Positions 11,223 through 23,779 of a DNA stretch of 64,000 nucleotides are shown here, piece by piece. The notes under the pieces are model-generated. The model searched no databases, was not told the origin of the DNA, and was given only the letters and a program-made list of their open reading frames with translations. The stretch is from positions 186,001 through 250,000 of the forward strand of contig CBFDEM010000052.1 in assembly GCA_965603825.1 (NCBI GenBank), written 5' to 3'. Each line of letters begins with the position of its first letter. Positions within the stretch are counted from its first letter, which is position 1. Both the position numbers and the translations under genes were made by a program. This DNA comes from Blepharisma stoltei ATCC 30299 (taxonomy: Eukaryota; Protista; Ciliophora).

Positions 11223-13193
11223 TTATTTTTGCTGTTTTAGTGCAAGTCTTGGATCACTTGGTGACGGTCCAGAAGGTTTGTTATTAAAGTGCTTGATGAC
11301 ATCATGATTTTTAAGCAAATCCAAAAGCTCTTGTATCTTACTAGAATCTTTAGGCTTTTCAGCTTTTTTTGTCGGATCTACAAACACTCCTAACAGCTGC
11401 CCATCTTCAAGCTTAGGATATATTTTTTTAATTTCCTCAATAGGCGGACATATATAAAGCACTGAATTTTTCATTTGAATATATCCAGCCCTTTGTTTTT
11501 GAGAAAAATAATTAACATATTCTTTAAATACCTCTTGTTGCGTTTCATTAGACGCTTCAAAGGTAACAAGTGCTAATTGATAAAATTTAAAAATTTCTTG
11601 AAAAGCTACTCTATGTGAAATATTAATATGGTAAAGAGTAGATGGAAAACACTCAGATTTTCCTTTAACTAAAGTAGCATCAATTCCTACCCTATAATTT
11701 TTACTTCTAGTCATAAAGCCAGACCAAATCACAGAGCCAAGATGTGGATCATCTGGCTCAGGAACTTGCTCTTTACTTGATACTTTAGCTGCTGGACTTC
11801 CAGATGAGCTAGGTGCTGGGCTTGTATTAGGATATGGCTGCATATTAAGATTAGGATATTGTGTTGTCATATTAGGAAACATTTGTGGCTGCCCACCCAT
11901 AGAAAACATAGTTTGAAATCTTAATAAGTTTTGTAAAGCTGCTGGCTGTTCCATTAGTTTTTTAGCTATATCTGATATTTCTTCCTTTCCAGACTTGTCT
12001 TGATATCGTACTCCATTTTTGGTTCCATTTTTAGATACGATGTTATTTGTATTTTTAAAAGAAATTTCGACTCCAGAGTCGCCTAATTCTCGTCTACGGG
12101 AGCCATCAAAATCTTCAATATATAAATGTTTTCTTGCTTCTGATGCTTGATCACCTCTTTCAAAATCAACAAAAGCATAGGGACGAGAATTTGATGTAGC
12201 CTGGCGTATAGAAATTCGTTTTACTCTTCCATATCGGGAAAATACTTCCCTCAGCACATGCTCAGGCGGAACTGTAGCGCCTGGTGGATACCCTAAAAAT
12301 AAGTTTTTGAAATGCTCGTCATCAATGGGGTTAAAATTCGGGTTTTCAGGTATCAAAGAGTCTCCCACTATATCAATTCGGCGTGTAGGGTCGGCAAAAG
12401 CTACCTTTACAGGCCGGCCATCTACCAATGTCCCATCTGCTCTTTCATAAGCTCTTGTTGCAGCTACCACTTTGCGGTACTTAATAAATGCAAAGCCTTT
12501 GGACGAAAACATTTCTATGCCTTCTATATCCCCATATGCTTTAAAAGCATCATACAATAGCTGCTTATCAGTCGCAGGCGAAATGTTCCCAATCCATACT
12601 TCTCTGACTAAGAAAAATCCTTTAAAATGTTCAGGGACGCCCGAAATATTAAAAGCCGAAGGCTGATGCTCACTGAGTAGCCTTTCTAGCATCCCTCGGT
12701 CCATAGGCTGCCCTGGCTTAGGGTTAGCATTATTAAGCAGCATAATATTTGTAGCTTGTGCGTTGTGTTGAAAAGATTGGTCACCTGGCATAATGTCAGA
12801 GACTCTTGGGGTTTGAGGGATCATTTGAGGAATACTTGTGTAGGAATAGTAATCTTTAGGGATTGATTGAGGGATTTGAGGGAGAATTGGGGCTGGTGGT
12901 TTTTGGAGGGCTTCTTTGCTGTAGTTTATGCTTCAACCTTTGGCGTTTAATTCTTTCATAGCCCTTTCAGCAACTTCTGGAGAAGGCATTACTATGAAAC
13001 CATAGACACATTCTCGAAGGGGCTGGCCATTATTGCCTTTTCGGATAATTTTGATATCCTTGATTTCGCCGTAGGCTTCGAAGACTTGTTGTAGGGCTTC
13101 TTCAGTGTATTGGACTGGGAGGTTTTTTACATGAAGTTTCATACCTTGGACTGGAGAACGACTTCTAGAACGTTGACGAGGTCTTTGAGACAT
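11223..13193 (-). CDS. Spen-family RNA-binding protein, three RRMs + SPOC domain (FPA/RBM15-like), 656 aa
   Basis: RNP motifs LHVKNL/VYGFI, VWIGNI/KGFAFIKY and LFLGY/RPYAFVDF. SPOC-like VIWSG...ISHRV...FKEYVNYFSQKQRAG. TGA=W at 12933 joins the two ORFs. Confidence 0.8.
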
Positions 13194-13237
13194 TAATTTA
13201 ATAATTATAAGAAAAAATGTATGAAATTACTATGTTA

Positions 13238-15730
13238 TTATAAATCTTTCTGACGAGATACGAAGGGCTTGCTTTCTTTAATGTTAAACCCTCTTAGCTT
13301 CAAATGTTCTTGCAGCTCCTGGCTTGGCAAAGTTTCGCCAAATTCACTATTAGTTGTTGACTGTTTTTGGCTATACTGTGAAATTGACATCATAGATGAT
13401 GAAAGTGGGCTTATTCCTTTAAATGGCCTATACAATTGTTTAAAGCTGTCAGTCGCTCTCGCTTTATTAGCCTTCTCTAAAATAGTGCTAACAAGGATGC
13501 TCTCAGTTTCTCCAGGAACAAAATCTCCCAAATCCCCAGAAACTGAGCATTCAGAGTTTCTATCTACAGATTGTATTCCTACTTCTGTAGTGACTGCTCT
13601 TTTATTCAGATTTTCAAGTCTCGTTATTCTTTCATTCAATAATTCACGATCAATTAACTTTCTCTTATTAGAAATTGGTAAATCTCTGATAGGCTCATGC
13701 TCATTTTCTACGTTGAGAATTTTTTCTTCTTCAATATTTTTATTTTTAACTGTTTGTGGAAAACTTTCAGGCTGGTAAGATTTTAATTTTGGGGTTGAAG
13801 AAGAAACTCGCTTGTTTTTTGTTTTATAGAAAAATCTAGGGACTGTAGGCTTTGAAAGCTGGTCTTTTTCAAGCTGAGATATAGTTAATGGAGAATTTTT
13901 TTCTTGGATTGTTTGCTTTTTAGTAGCATTTTCAGATTGAAATATTATCTTAACATCCGCTTTTTCAGAGAAAGCTTTGCTTTCTTCCGGGTGAGAGTTT
14001 TGATATTCTTTTATATTTGAAATAGAAAAATCTCTTACACTCGCAAGCTCTTTAGCTAGCTTTTCATCAAGTGCTTGCATCTTTTTTTCCAATGTGCTAA
14101 TAGAATATAGCGTTGCTTCTTTAGCAGGATCATTTTCATGCTCTCTTCTAATTTTTTCTTCTAAACTCTTCAACTTTTCAGATAAATCGCTTTTAATTGT
14201 TTCCGTGATGACTCTAATTTTTTTAACTTCTTCATCTTTTTGTTCAAGATTTTCAATTTTCTGGCTAATTTCATTATAAAATTTCTCATGGTCTGCTTTT
14301 AACTTTGAAATTTTAATTGATGACTTTAAATGAGTGTCCATTTGATTTCGAAGCTTCATAATTTCTTCATTTGCATGGTAAATATCACTAGTTAAATTTT
14401 CAATATTTGCTGTGATTGAGGACTGAGACTCTCTTATATCAGAAATTTCATTACGACTCATTGAATTATTTTTCAAATTTTTCAGCTTATTTTTTATACC
14501 AATTTCAAGCTTGTCTATTTTTGATTCAAGATCTTTTGAGTTTTCACGGAAAGAACTGCTTTCAGATGCCAGCTCTTCAAGCAGTTTTGATCTGTATTTA
14601 TCTTTATTCTCTAATGCATTAACTTTTTCAGGCAGCTCTTTTATCATTTCTACACTATTCAGGACAATTTCGTTACTTTTTTTAATATCTTTTATTTCAT
14701 TTGTTAAAGCTTGTACTTCTTCAGCTAAAATTTTGTTTTTTTCGATATAATCGCTTGAATTTTTATCAATTTTGAATTCTATATCACTAATTCTACTAGA
14801 TAGCTTTTCCAGTTTTTCTTCAAATTTTTCAAGTGTTGAGGTAAAGCTTTGGAAGTAGCGCAAAATACCTTCATCGTCTTTTCGTATATTTCCTTTATCT
14901 TCATGATTTACTGTAGTTAAATCTTGAGTATTTTTTTCATTATTTAGCTCAAGAGTAGGGTTTTTCAAAGAGGTATTAAATGCTGGCATTGAAGATGATG
15001 ATTTACCAATACTTTCTTCTTCAGGAGATTGAGAAGGAGTTTCATTTTTTCCATAAATTTCTGCTAAAATGTCTTCTTCGCTAGATGATAATGTACTGAA
15101 CTTGTAGCCTGCTTCAGTTCTTGAAAATTGAGGAGTCACTGACTCTTGAATTGGATCATCAACGTGCAAAAATAGTCCAGAATGCTCAGAATTTATCTGG
15201 TCAAATATTTTTGTTTGTGTAGCTTGTTTATTGTCAGGCATTATAGGGAGCTTTATTGAATACTTTTCTGAAGAATTATCAATTGGCTCATCAATAAAAT
15301 ATTTTATTTCATACTCTTCACCGCTTACGCTATATTTTGGGGAAGACTCAAACCCATTTTCTTCAAATTTGATCTTCTTTTCTGGCTTAGGAGGGATATC
15401 TCTATTCTTTTTGTCAGATTCTCGATTCCTTTCATAGTTTTTCTTTTGGCTGACTATTTCGTAGAGCTCTTTCTCTATTTCCTTTTCAACCTTTTCTTTT
15501 TCAACTACTTCTTCCAAAGTTTGTCCAGGCTTATATTTATTTTTAAAGGCTCAGATGCAATCTGACAGCTCATCAAATGATCATTCATCAACATTTGTGC
15601 GCCTTAGATCTTCAACGAACTTAGTAAATAGTCTAACATCGTAATTCATTTCAATCAGCTCTTCTTTTAGAAAGCTAAGCTTAACGTTTTGGTCTGATAA
15701 TTGCTTATCTTCAATGTTCGAAGAATTCAT
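13238..15730 (-). CDS. Coiled-coil protein, 830 aa, sharing its N-terminal module with the PX gene at 9196-11073
   Basis: ATG at 15730 in frame through two TGA=W; long heptad-rich middle region. Confidence 0.75.
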
Positions 15731-16058
15731 ATTAAATAATTTTTCTTAGTAAAATCTAATGCATATTACAGATTCATTGCTTCAGAGAGTTATTATATAT
15801 ACAGTATTAACAGAATCATGATAAATTTAATCTTCTTCTATTTCTTATACTATTTATTAAATTAATAAGCCATTCTGTAGTAACTACTTTTTGAATTAAA
15901 TTCAAATGCATGTTTAAGATTTTCTAATAATATCACTTAATTTCATTTAAATTTAAATCTTTTATCTTGTCTTTCTATATAATTAGAAAATTTATATTCT
16001 AAAACCTCAAAAAATGCTTAGAAATCAATAAAAAACTGTTTCAACTATTATAATAATA

Positions 16059-17009
16059 ATGCCTAAGCAGAGTGGTCATATATGTCAGTGCCAAACCTGT
16101 GGGAGATGTTTTTCCCAGGTTAGTATCGGTATCCAAACAGAAGGGAACTTTGATATGCCAAGTTTTATTGCTTTTGCCGAAAAAATGATCAAGCCGGGTG
16201 CACCATTCAGCAAAACAGCAAATGAAAGTCAAATTTTGATGGTTCGTCCTAAAAATTTAAAGGGCGATAACGATGTTGAAGAGCCATCATCTTTTACCGA
16301 TAACACTTTAAACGAAAGCCCTTCAATTACTAAGAAATCGCCTTATGAAAGAAATTCGAACTTAAAAGAAGATACATTGAATGCGACTTTTTCAGAATCT
16401 TCTTTAATGAAGGATTTTGAACAAATAAAAGCCCAAGGCTTTGGATTTAACTCAACTTCTGCTTTTACAGAAAAATTGATGGAAATCTGTGAGACGCCTA
16501 AATTTTATTCAGCTCAAAATACGAATTTTTTCAATTTCCAAGGGAACCCTCAATATGAAAAAACTATGAAAAATCCTAGAAACTTAGGAAGAATTCAGAC
16601 ATTTTCAAATAAGCCGATTAAGCCTGCTAATTGTATTGAGGAAAAGATTTTCCCACAAACGACGAAAAACCATCCAATTGTTTATAATTTTGCTGAACCC
16701 TTAAAGAAAACAGCAAAAAATTCAAAAATTTCAACAACTAAAGATAGTAAAGAAGTTTCTGAAGATAGTACAAATCAAATATCACAGAATTATGAAAGCA
16801 TTATGGATAAGCCTACATTTTTAGATCCAAATTTGAGGGAGTCTTTTAAGCAGCTTGTGCAGTTGGAGAAAATTGGGATAAAGCAGCAGTTTTCAGTAAA
16901 GAATTTTAAATTTCAAGATAAAAGGAAACCTCAGGTAGTAGAAAATGAAAGCCTAGATCTGAGCAATAGCTTAGATATGAAACAATTACGAGAATTTTTA
17001 GACAATTAA
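16059..17009 (+). CDS. Hypothetical protein (316 aa) with N-terminal Cys cluster
   Basis: Intact ATG-TAA ORF; HICQCQTCGRC followed by VSIGIQTE. Confidence 0.65.
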   Translation: MPKQSGHICQCQTCGRCFSQVSIGIQTEGNFDMPSFIAFAEKMIKPGAPFSKTANESQILMVRPKNLKGDNDVEEPSSFTDNTLNESPSITKKSPYERNSNLKEDTLNATFSESSLMKDFEQIKAQGFGFNSTSAFTEKLMEICETPKFYSAQNTNFFNFQGNPQYEKTMKNPRNLGRIQTFSNKPIKPANCIEEKIFPQTTKNHPIVYNFAEPLKKTAKNSKISTTKDSKEVSEDSTNQISQNYESIMDKPTFLDPNLRESFKQLVQLEKIGIKQQFSVKNFKFQDKRKPQVVENESLDLSNSLDMKQLREFLDN

Positions 17010-17220
17010 TAGTAAATATATGTCATGCTCATTTATTAGCTTACAAAAATAAGTCTTATTCGACAATTATCTAACTTAATTATAATTAAAATATATATAT
17101 TATAGTGGATAATGAATTTTTCTAGATCTTGGATATTATCAAAAAAGCTATCTGATTTGAGCAGCTTTAAAAATGAATTTAAATAATTCCATAGCTAACA
17201 CATCCATTAATATTTCCAAA

Positions 17221-18435
17221 ATGGACCAGTTGAACCAAATTAAAGGCTCAGATTACTCATCAAACGAAAAAGACAAAGTTATGGACCGCATGGACTGACT
17301 TAACCATCTCCGCTTAGTCTTCAACATCACTGCTGGATGTCATACACTCCATTCATCCTCTTTATCAGTTAAAACTGAAGCATTTCTCGATACTCTTATA
17401 GAAAACATATCAAAATTCCCACTTGTCTCCACAGAAGACTATAAATCTTCAGTTCAATATTTAAGTTTTCGTGATATTTTTGAATGCTTTGAAGCACAGT
17501 TCGGCCAAGCACTCACATGAGATTATGTCCTAAACGCTGTAGTTTTCTTAAAGCCTCATGAAGATGCAGGGCAAGAAAGCCCAAGAAGTATTGATTTAAA
17601 TGAGCTTGTTTTTATTAACACCAAGCTTAGTTCAAATTCTTTAGAAGTGGAAGAACCTGAGGTAAGATCCAGAAGATTAAGTGATTTAAGAATACCTCAA
17701 GCGCAGCACGAAAATAAAGAAACTATAAATACTCAGCTGAGTTTGTCCACAATCCAGGTGGATACAGCAAGATCATTAGGAACAAGAACAATGGACTCTT
17801 TACCAGACAATTTAACCCCTCAAAAAAAAAATCAAAAACCCAGTTTTAATTTGTCTGGAAGAAGAATGGCTGTTTTAAACCAAAAAATGCCAGATGATCT
17901 TGTAATTTTGGATTTAAGCTATAATCATTTTTCAAATATCCCAAAATTAGAGGGACTTCAGCAACTGGAATATCTAGATTTAAGCTGAAATTTTATACAG
18001 AATATTAAAGGAATAGCATCGATAAGCTCTTTGAGAGAATTTTACCTCAGCCATAATCAGATAAGAACAATTGCTCATTGCTTGCCGACTGAAAACTTAT
18101 ATTTATTGGATTTATCTCATAATTTAATACGACAATTACAAGGTATAGAGCCGCTTGTACGGGAGACTAAGCTAAAAGTATTGAGCCTAGAAGGGAACCC
18201 AATTCAAAATACTCATGATTTCCCATCAAATTTTAAAGACTTATTACCACAAGTGGATATTTTGAATCCTTTAAATATATCAGTGCACTCAAAATACAAA
18301 GCAAAAGAAGAGGTGGTTCCTGATCAAAAGGAAGACCAAGAAAGTATGCCTCCTATGATGTCAGAAGAAAATAAAAAATGTATTAGGAGTTTAATTTCAA
18401 CAAGATCTATGCCAGCACTTAGAAAAAAAGTTTAA
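17221..18435 (+). CDS. Leucine-rich repeat protein (SDS22-like repeats), 404 aa
   Basis: LDLSYN, YLDLS-W(TGA)-NFI, FYLSHNQI, LDLSHNLI, LSLEGNPI. Frame open from ATG 17221 with TGA=W. Confidence 0.8.
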
Positions 18436-18778
18436 TATGTAAAGAAGCAGAAATTTATGCTTAATTATTTACCTTACTTTAATAGTAACTAATAAATTTT
18501 GTTTGATATTAGTTGATGAAATTTTTATTTTTACCTTGGTAATTTTGATTTTATATTTATTAATGCTTTGGTTTTAGATAATTGAAAATAAGCAAGTGGA
18601 TTAAAGAATCCCAGCATATAAAGATAGATATGCAAAATATAAAAATCAAATTAAAATAATTGCTTGTTTGTTTGATTTAAATATTAAATTGATGGTTTAA
18701 TTAACTTCGATTTAAAATATTATTCTGGCTATTTAAAATGAAATAAGTTACTATAAATTCTAATCAGCATTGACTTAA

Positions 18779-19671
18779 ATGAATACAAGTCAGTGTGTCA
18801 AAGAAATACTGAGCCAAGAGGAGTTTATGACAATTGCAATAAATATTATAACGGGTTTATTAGCTGGAGGGTTTGTTGTATTAATCTTTTATCCTTTGGA
18901 ATATCTAGAAACATCAATGCATCTACGACTTGTTGAAACCAGAAATATTATTTTAGGCCTGAAACAAGAATACAGTAAAGGTGGTATGAATCAGCTTTAT
19001 TTAGGAGGAAATGCCAGCATTTTAGGGTAAAAAAATAATTTAGACACACAATTGCATGAGGATTTTTCTTTTTAATATTTGAGATTACAAGCTTTTATAT
19101 CGGCCCAGAAAAATTTGATAGACAGACTGTGATGCTTTGCTGTATGATATAAATAGCATTTTTGGGTTCATCTGGATATATTACTATGATCACTCCTTTT
19201 ACAACACTTAAAACAAAATTAATTGTTGAAAAAAGATATGAAAACTCAATAATGAATGCTCTGGATGACATAATTAATAAACAATGTGTTCCTAAGCTGT
19301 ATTCAGGATTCTCAATATCATTATTTTATTTATTAGAAGGCATGATTCAGTTTTTTGTGTACCAAGAACTCAGAGGTTTGGTAGAAGTTGATCAGAACAT
19401 GAGTGGGATTTACCTTTATTTTTTAATCTGCGGGATTTTTTCTAAATTTATTGGCATGAGCTGCACTTATCCATATAGAGTTTTACAGACAATCTTGCAA
19501 GCGAAGCCAGGAAAGGTTTTTGTTTCTATTCTTGAAATGTATAAAAATGAAGGAATCCAAGCATTTTATAGAGGATATTGAATAAGTTTGATGAGAAATC
19601 TTCCACCTTCAGGGTTTTTATTTATGTTGTTGGAAGCGTTTAGAAGTTATTTTCATCATATTTTATGCTAA
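18779..19671 (+). CDS. Mitochondrial carrier (SLC25), folate/FAD/NAD-carrier-like; 2 introns
   Basis: Degenerate PX[DE]XX[KR] repeats (YPLEYLET, TPFTTLKT, YPYRVLQT). After splicing it reads GHTIA-W-GFFFLIFE and FYRGY-W-ISLMRNLP. Confidence 0.8.
19027..19043 (+). other. Tiny spliceosomal intron (17 nt)
   Basis: gtaaaaaaataatttag; removal restores the carrier frame. Confidence 0.7.
19142..19156 (+). other. 15-nt intron
   Basis: gtatgatataaatag, contains in-frame TAA. Confidence 0.8.
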
Positions 19672-20019
19672 TAAGATAAAAATATACTTACAAACCAAAA
19701 TTTCACTTATTGAGAAGCCTATATAAATGGCAATGATTTAAATGTTGCTTTTCAGAGATATAGAGATTCTCATCATACTGTTTTGTTCTGTTATAAAATT
19801 TAAAGTTGTTTTAGTTTAGGAACTTGCTTTGATTATCATTATAAATTATTTATAAATGAGAAAATCCATAGAAATTTATTCTTGCTTTCTTTGACTACTT
19901 TCTATTATAAACTTGCGTAATTTTCAAACATTAACCATTATTAGAGTAAGTGGCTTGCTTATAACTTTTTCTTAAAATTAAATTGAAATAAATATTCTGT
20001 TCACAATTTCCCGATAAAA

Positions 20020-21408
20020 ATGGGCTGCTGCAGCAATAAACCTCATTCCACCCAATTATCGAGATTTGCTGGTAATAATAGCCAAACTGAAGATATTTCA
20101 ACATTTATTCGTTGTCCTTATTGTCTCCAAGATTTCTATGACGATCTCACGACAAGCAGATTTTCTGAACATTTATTAGTATGTAAAAGGCACAGCAATT
20201 TCATTGTAAATGAGGATTTAAATTGTGATTTATCAAAGGATTCATCATATGGAGATAAAATTGAATGACTTAGAAATGAGATAAATAAAATCCGAATTCC
20301 TTGGCATTCTGAACATATGAAATTTAGAGTGAAAAGAGGAGATATTATAAAAACTTCTATGAAAAATATTCTTGGCTTTTCTACTATTGATTTTCACAAA
20401 GAGTTTCAGGTCAATTTTGATGGAGAGCTTGCAATGGATGCTGGTGGATTATTAAGAGAATGATTTACGATTTTAACAAAAAAACTTTTTTCAGAAAAAA
20501 CAGAGTTATTTAAATTAGCGAACACTAAATGCGTAAATTATACTTTTCCAAATATTATAGATGAAGCAAGGATTAATGAATATATTTTTACTGGAAAACT
20601 AATAGGAAAAGCCATTTTTGAAAACGTTCCTATTTATTGTCCATTTACACCAATCATTTTTAAACATATTGTCGACGAAGAAATTCAATTTAAAGATCTT
20701 TCTCAAGTTGACTATGAAGTAAAGTCTATTTAGCTTTATAACTCACTGCTATATATTTTAGAAAATCCTGTGAAAAATGTAATATTTGAGACATTTACTG
20801 TAGAAAAAGAACATAAAGGGGTTTTAACTAAATATTCTTTAAAAGAGCATGGATCTGAAATTATGGTAGACGATGACAATAAATCGGAATATGCCAATCT
20901 CAGATGAAAATTTGAAACAACTGACAATCTCCAAGCTGGCTTGATGTATCTCCTTCATGGTTTCTATTCAGTGATTCCTAAAAATTTAGTTTCTATTTTT
21001 ACCTCCCAAGAATTTGAACTATTACTGTGTGGGTTGCCTTATATTGAGTTAGATGATTGAAGAAAAAACACAATATATCGTGGCGATTTTACTAGAAAAA
21101 GCAGAATAATAAAGTGGTTTTGAAGAATTTTAAGACATTTCAGCCAGAAGAAATTATCAGACTTAATTACTTTTGTAACTGGAACTCCTCGGCTTCCAGT
21201 TGAAGGGTTTTCATCTTTGAAAACCATGAGAGGAGACCCAGCAAAATTTACTATAGAGTCTATTCCTTGTGAAAATGATAATGCCTTGCCTCGTGCTCAT
21301 ACCTGCTTCAACAGGTTGGATTTACCTAAATATACAAGTCGACAGAGTTTAAAAAAAGGTCTTCTGTATGTTATAAGAAACCATAAATTCGGCTTTGGAA
21401 TTGAATAA
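20020..21408 (+). CDS. HECT E3 ubiquitin ligase (NEDD4-type HECT) with MGCCS N-terminus and a C2HC finger; 1 intron
   Basis: DAGGLLRE-W-F, VDYELYNSL, ELLLCG...DD-W-RKNT.Y, KWF-W, FVTGTPRLP and LPRAHTCFNRLDLP (catalytic Cys). The hyphenated Trp residues are TGA. Confidence 0.92.
20719..20733 (+). other. 15-nt intron
   Basis: gtaaagtctatttag, phase 0, ends in in-frame TAG; splicing gives VDYE|LYNSL. Confidence 0.9.
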
Positions 21409-21506
21409 ATTCAATTAAGTGTACCATTGATAAGCTTAACAATTCGGTTCAAATTTAAAATCTAAAGATAATTCATATTAAATGCCAAATTTATTATATA
21501 ATTCAA

Positions 21507-23699
21507 ATGAATAAAAGTAAAATCGAAGGCGAAGCTGATATACACATATCAAAACAATCCAAATCCATTATATACAGCGTTTTAGAGCACGAAAATTGCG
21601 AAAATCAGCGAATACCCATTAACCCTAACGTCTTGACATTCAGAGATAGTGTACTTGAATACCGGTACTCTTTATCGCTCTTATGCCAAAAAGGTAATAA
21701 TCAAGACAAATCAAAAGAATTTAAAAACAACTTGCTTATGTTTTATATATTCTTGACATCATATATCGTAATTACAATTACCACCTCATTGCTCCTGTAC
21801 AACGAAGGAAACCAAAAAGATGAGCTTTTAATTACTCGGCTTATTATTTTAGGTGTTATTTTATTTTTAGGGTACTCGATCGCTTATTTAATTTTCAAAT
21901 CCAACAAGTTTTTGATGAAATCAAAAGAGCTTTTTGTAGTTTTATCATTTGCCCTCATTTCATATCTCGTGATATGTGATGAGAGAGTCCTTTCAGCAAT
22001 TTTCTCCAAAGATTATGAAAAAAACAGCCAAAACCATACACTGATATTAGCTTGTTTTTTGGTTATGATAAGAATAGTAGTTTTTGATAGCTTTTTCTTA
22101 TTCGTAGTCCTTACAACTCTTACATTAACTTCATCAATAGCTTTGCTACTAGCATTGTCGACTTTATCGCCATTTGCGATTTTAAGTGATTATCTAGTTC
22201 TCTTTATTTTTTTGCTTTTACAAACAATTGACTGCCATCAGGTAGAATATCGAGCCCGGCAGTTATTTTGGAGAAGAGAACAAGAAGAAGAAGCTTTAGA
22301 CCCTATGGCAAGCCAAGGTGAAGAAAGCGACAAGGCATACGCACAAATTAACACTGAAGTCGAGCTTTTGCTTCAAGCTTGTGATAAAATTAAGCAAAAT
22401 ATCAAACAAGCCGCCGCAGTTATCATGTATAAAGATGTAAAAACTAAGCTGAAAACTGCGCAGACTGAAATAGAAAAAGTAAAGCGAGGAATTGCCCATG
22501 GACTAGCTATGCATGATGTGAAACTTGATGGAAATGGAGAATTAGATGAAGATGACAAGGTTTTTATATCAGAATATTGTATGGATAAAATATCAAGTGA
22601 TAAAGCTAGAGGCAGACACCAAACGATGGGTGACGTAAGAGAAATTAGCCCTTCTTTCCCATTTAGCACCTATGGTGTTGCAGAGCTAGACTCTGTGCTG
22701 TTTAGTGTAGGGAAAAATTGGAATTTTGATATATGATTTGTATATCAGGTAACTGGGCATAGCATTTTTATAGTTGGAAAATATTTATTTGAAAAATGGA
22801 GCTTAAGCACAACTTTTAGCATTCCAGAAGACACAGTGGATAGGTTTTTCCAGACTTTAGAAAAGAATTATCATCAAAACCCTTATCATAATGCATGCCA
22901 TGCTGCTGATGTCCTGCATACTTTGCTTTATTTTTTATCTACTTCTGATGTGATTAAAAATCTGAATCCTATTGATATCATATCCCTTATTGTTGCTTGC
23001 CTTGGACATGATGTAGGACACCCAGCATTGACAAATAGATTTTTAATAAATAACCGAGATGAGCTTGCATTTCAATATAATGATAATAGTGTCCTTGAAA
23101 ATATGCACATAGCAAAGACATACTCTATTATGAATAAACAAGGCTGCAATATTTTTGAAAACTTAGATGCTGACGATTGGTCGAAATCCAGAAAATTAAT
23201 CATCCAAATGATATTAGAAACTGACATGATGAAGCATTTTGAGATTCTAGGAAGATTTAGAGCAAGAGCTGTCAACTTGGCTGATCTCGCTTTGGAAAAT
23301 CAAGACGATAAAATTTTAATTTTATCAATGGGATTAAAATGTGCTGACATAGGCCATTCTTCAAAGATTCTTGAATTGCATGAAAAATGGACTTCATTAG
23401 TTTGTGAAGAGTTTTTCAGACAAGGCGATTTAGAAAAACAAAGAAAGCAACAAGTTTCGATGTACTGTGATAGAGACACAACAGAAGTCCCTAAATCTCA
23501 GTCTGGGTTTATAAAGAATATATGTATGCCTTTATATGAAGTGTGGTGCTCATATTTGAATAATGAAGAAATAAACAAGGTGTGCTTAGAACAGCTGAAA
23601 AAGAATTTATCATTTTGGGACGAAAAAGTAAAGGTAAGAAGATCGACTGCTCTTAATGTAGATAACTCTGTGTCTGCGAATGGAAATGATAAAAAGTAA
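21507..23699 (+). CDS. Class I 3',5'-cyclic nucleotide phosphodiesterase with about 6 N-terminal TM helices, 730 aa
   Basis: YHNACHAADV, HDVGHP...N, LENMH, KCADIGH, EEFFRQGD. Joined through TGA=W at 22734-22736. Confidence 0.92.
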
Positions 23700-23779
23700 G
23701 GTTTTCCTATAAAAATTTACGAGGATTTAAATAATTTTACCTTTAATAGCCTGATAATCACTTAAAATGACGAAATAAA

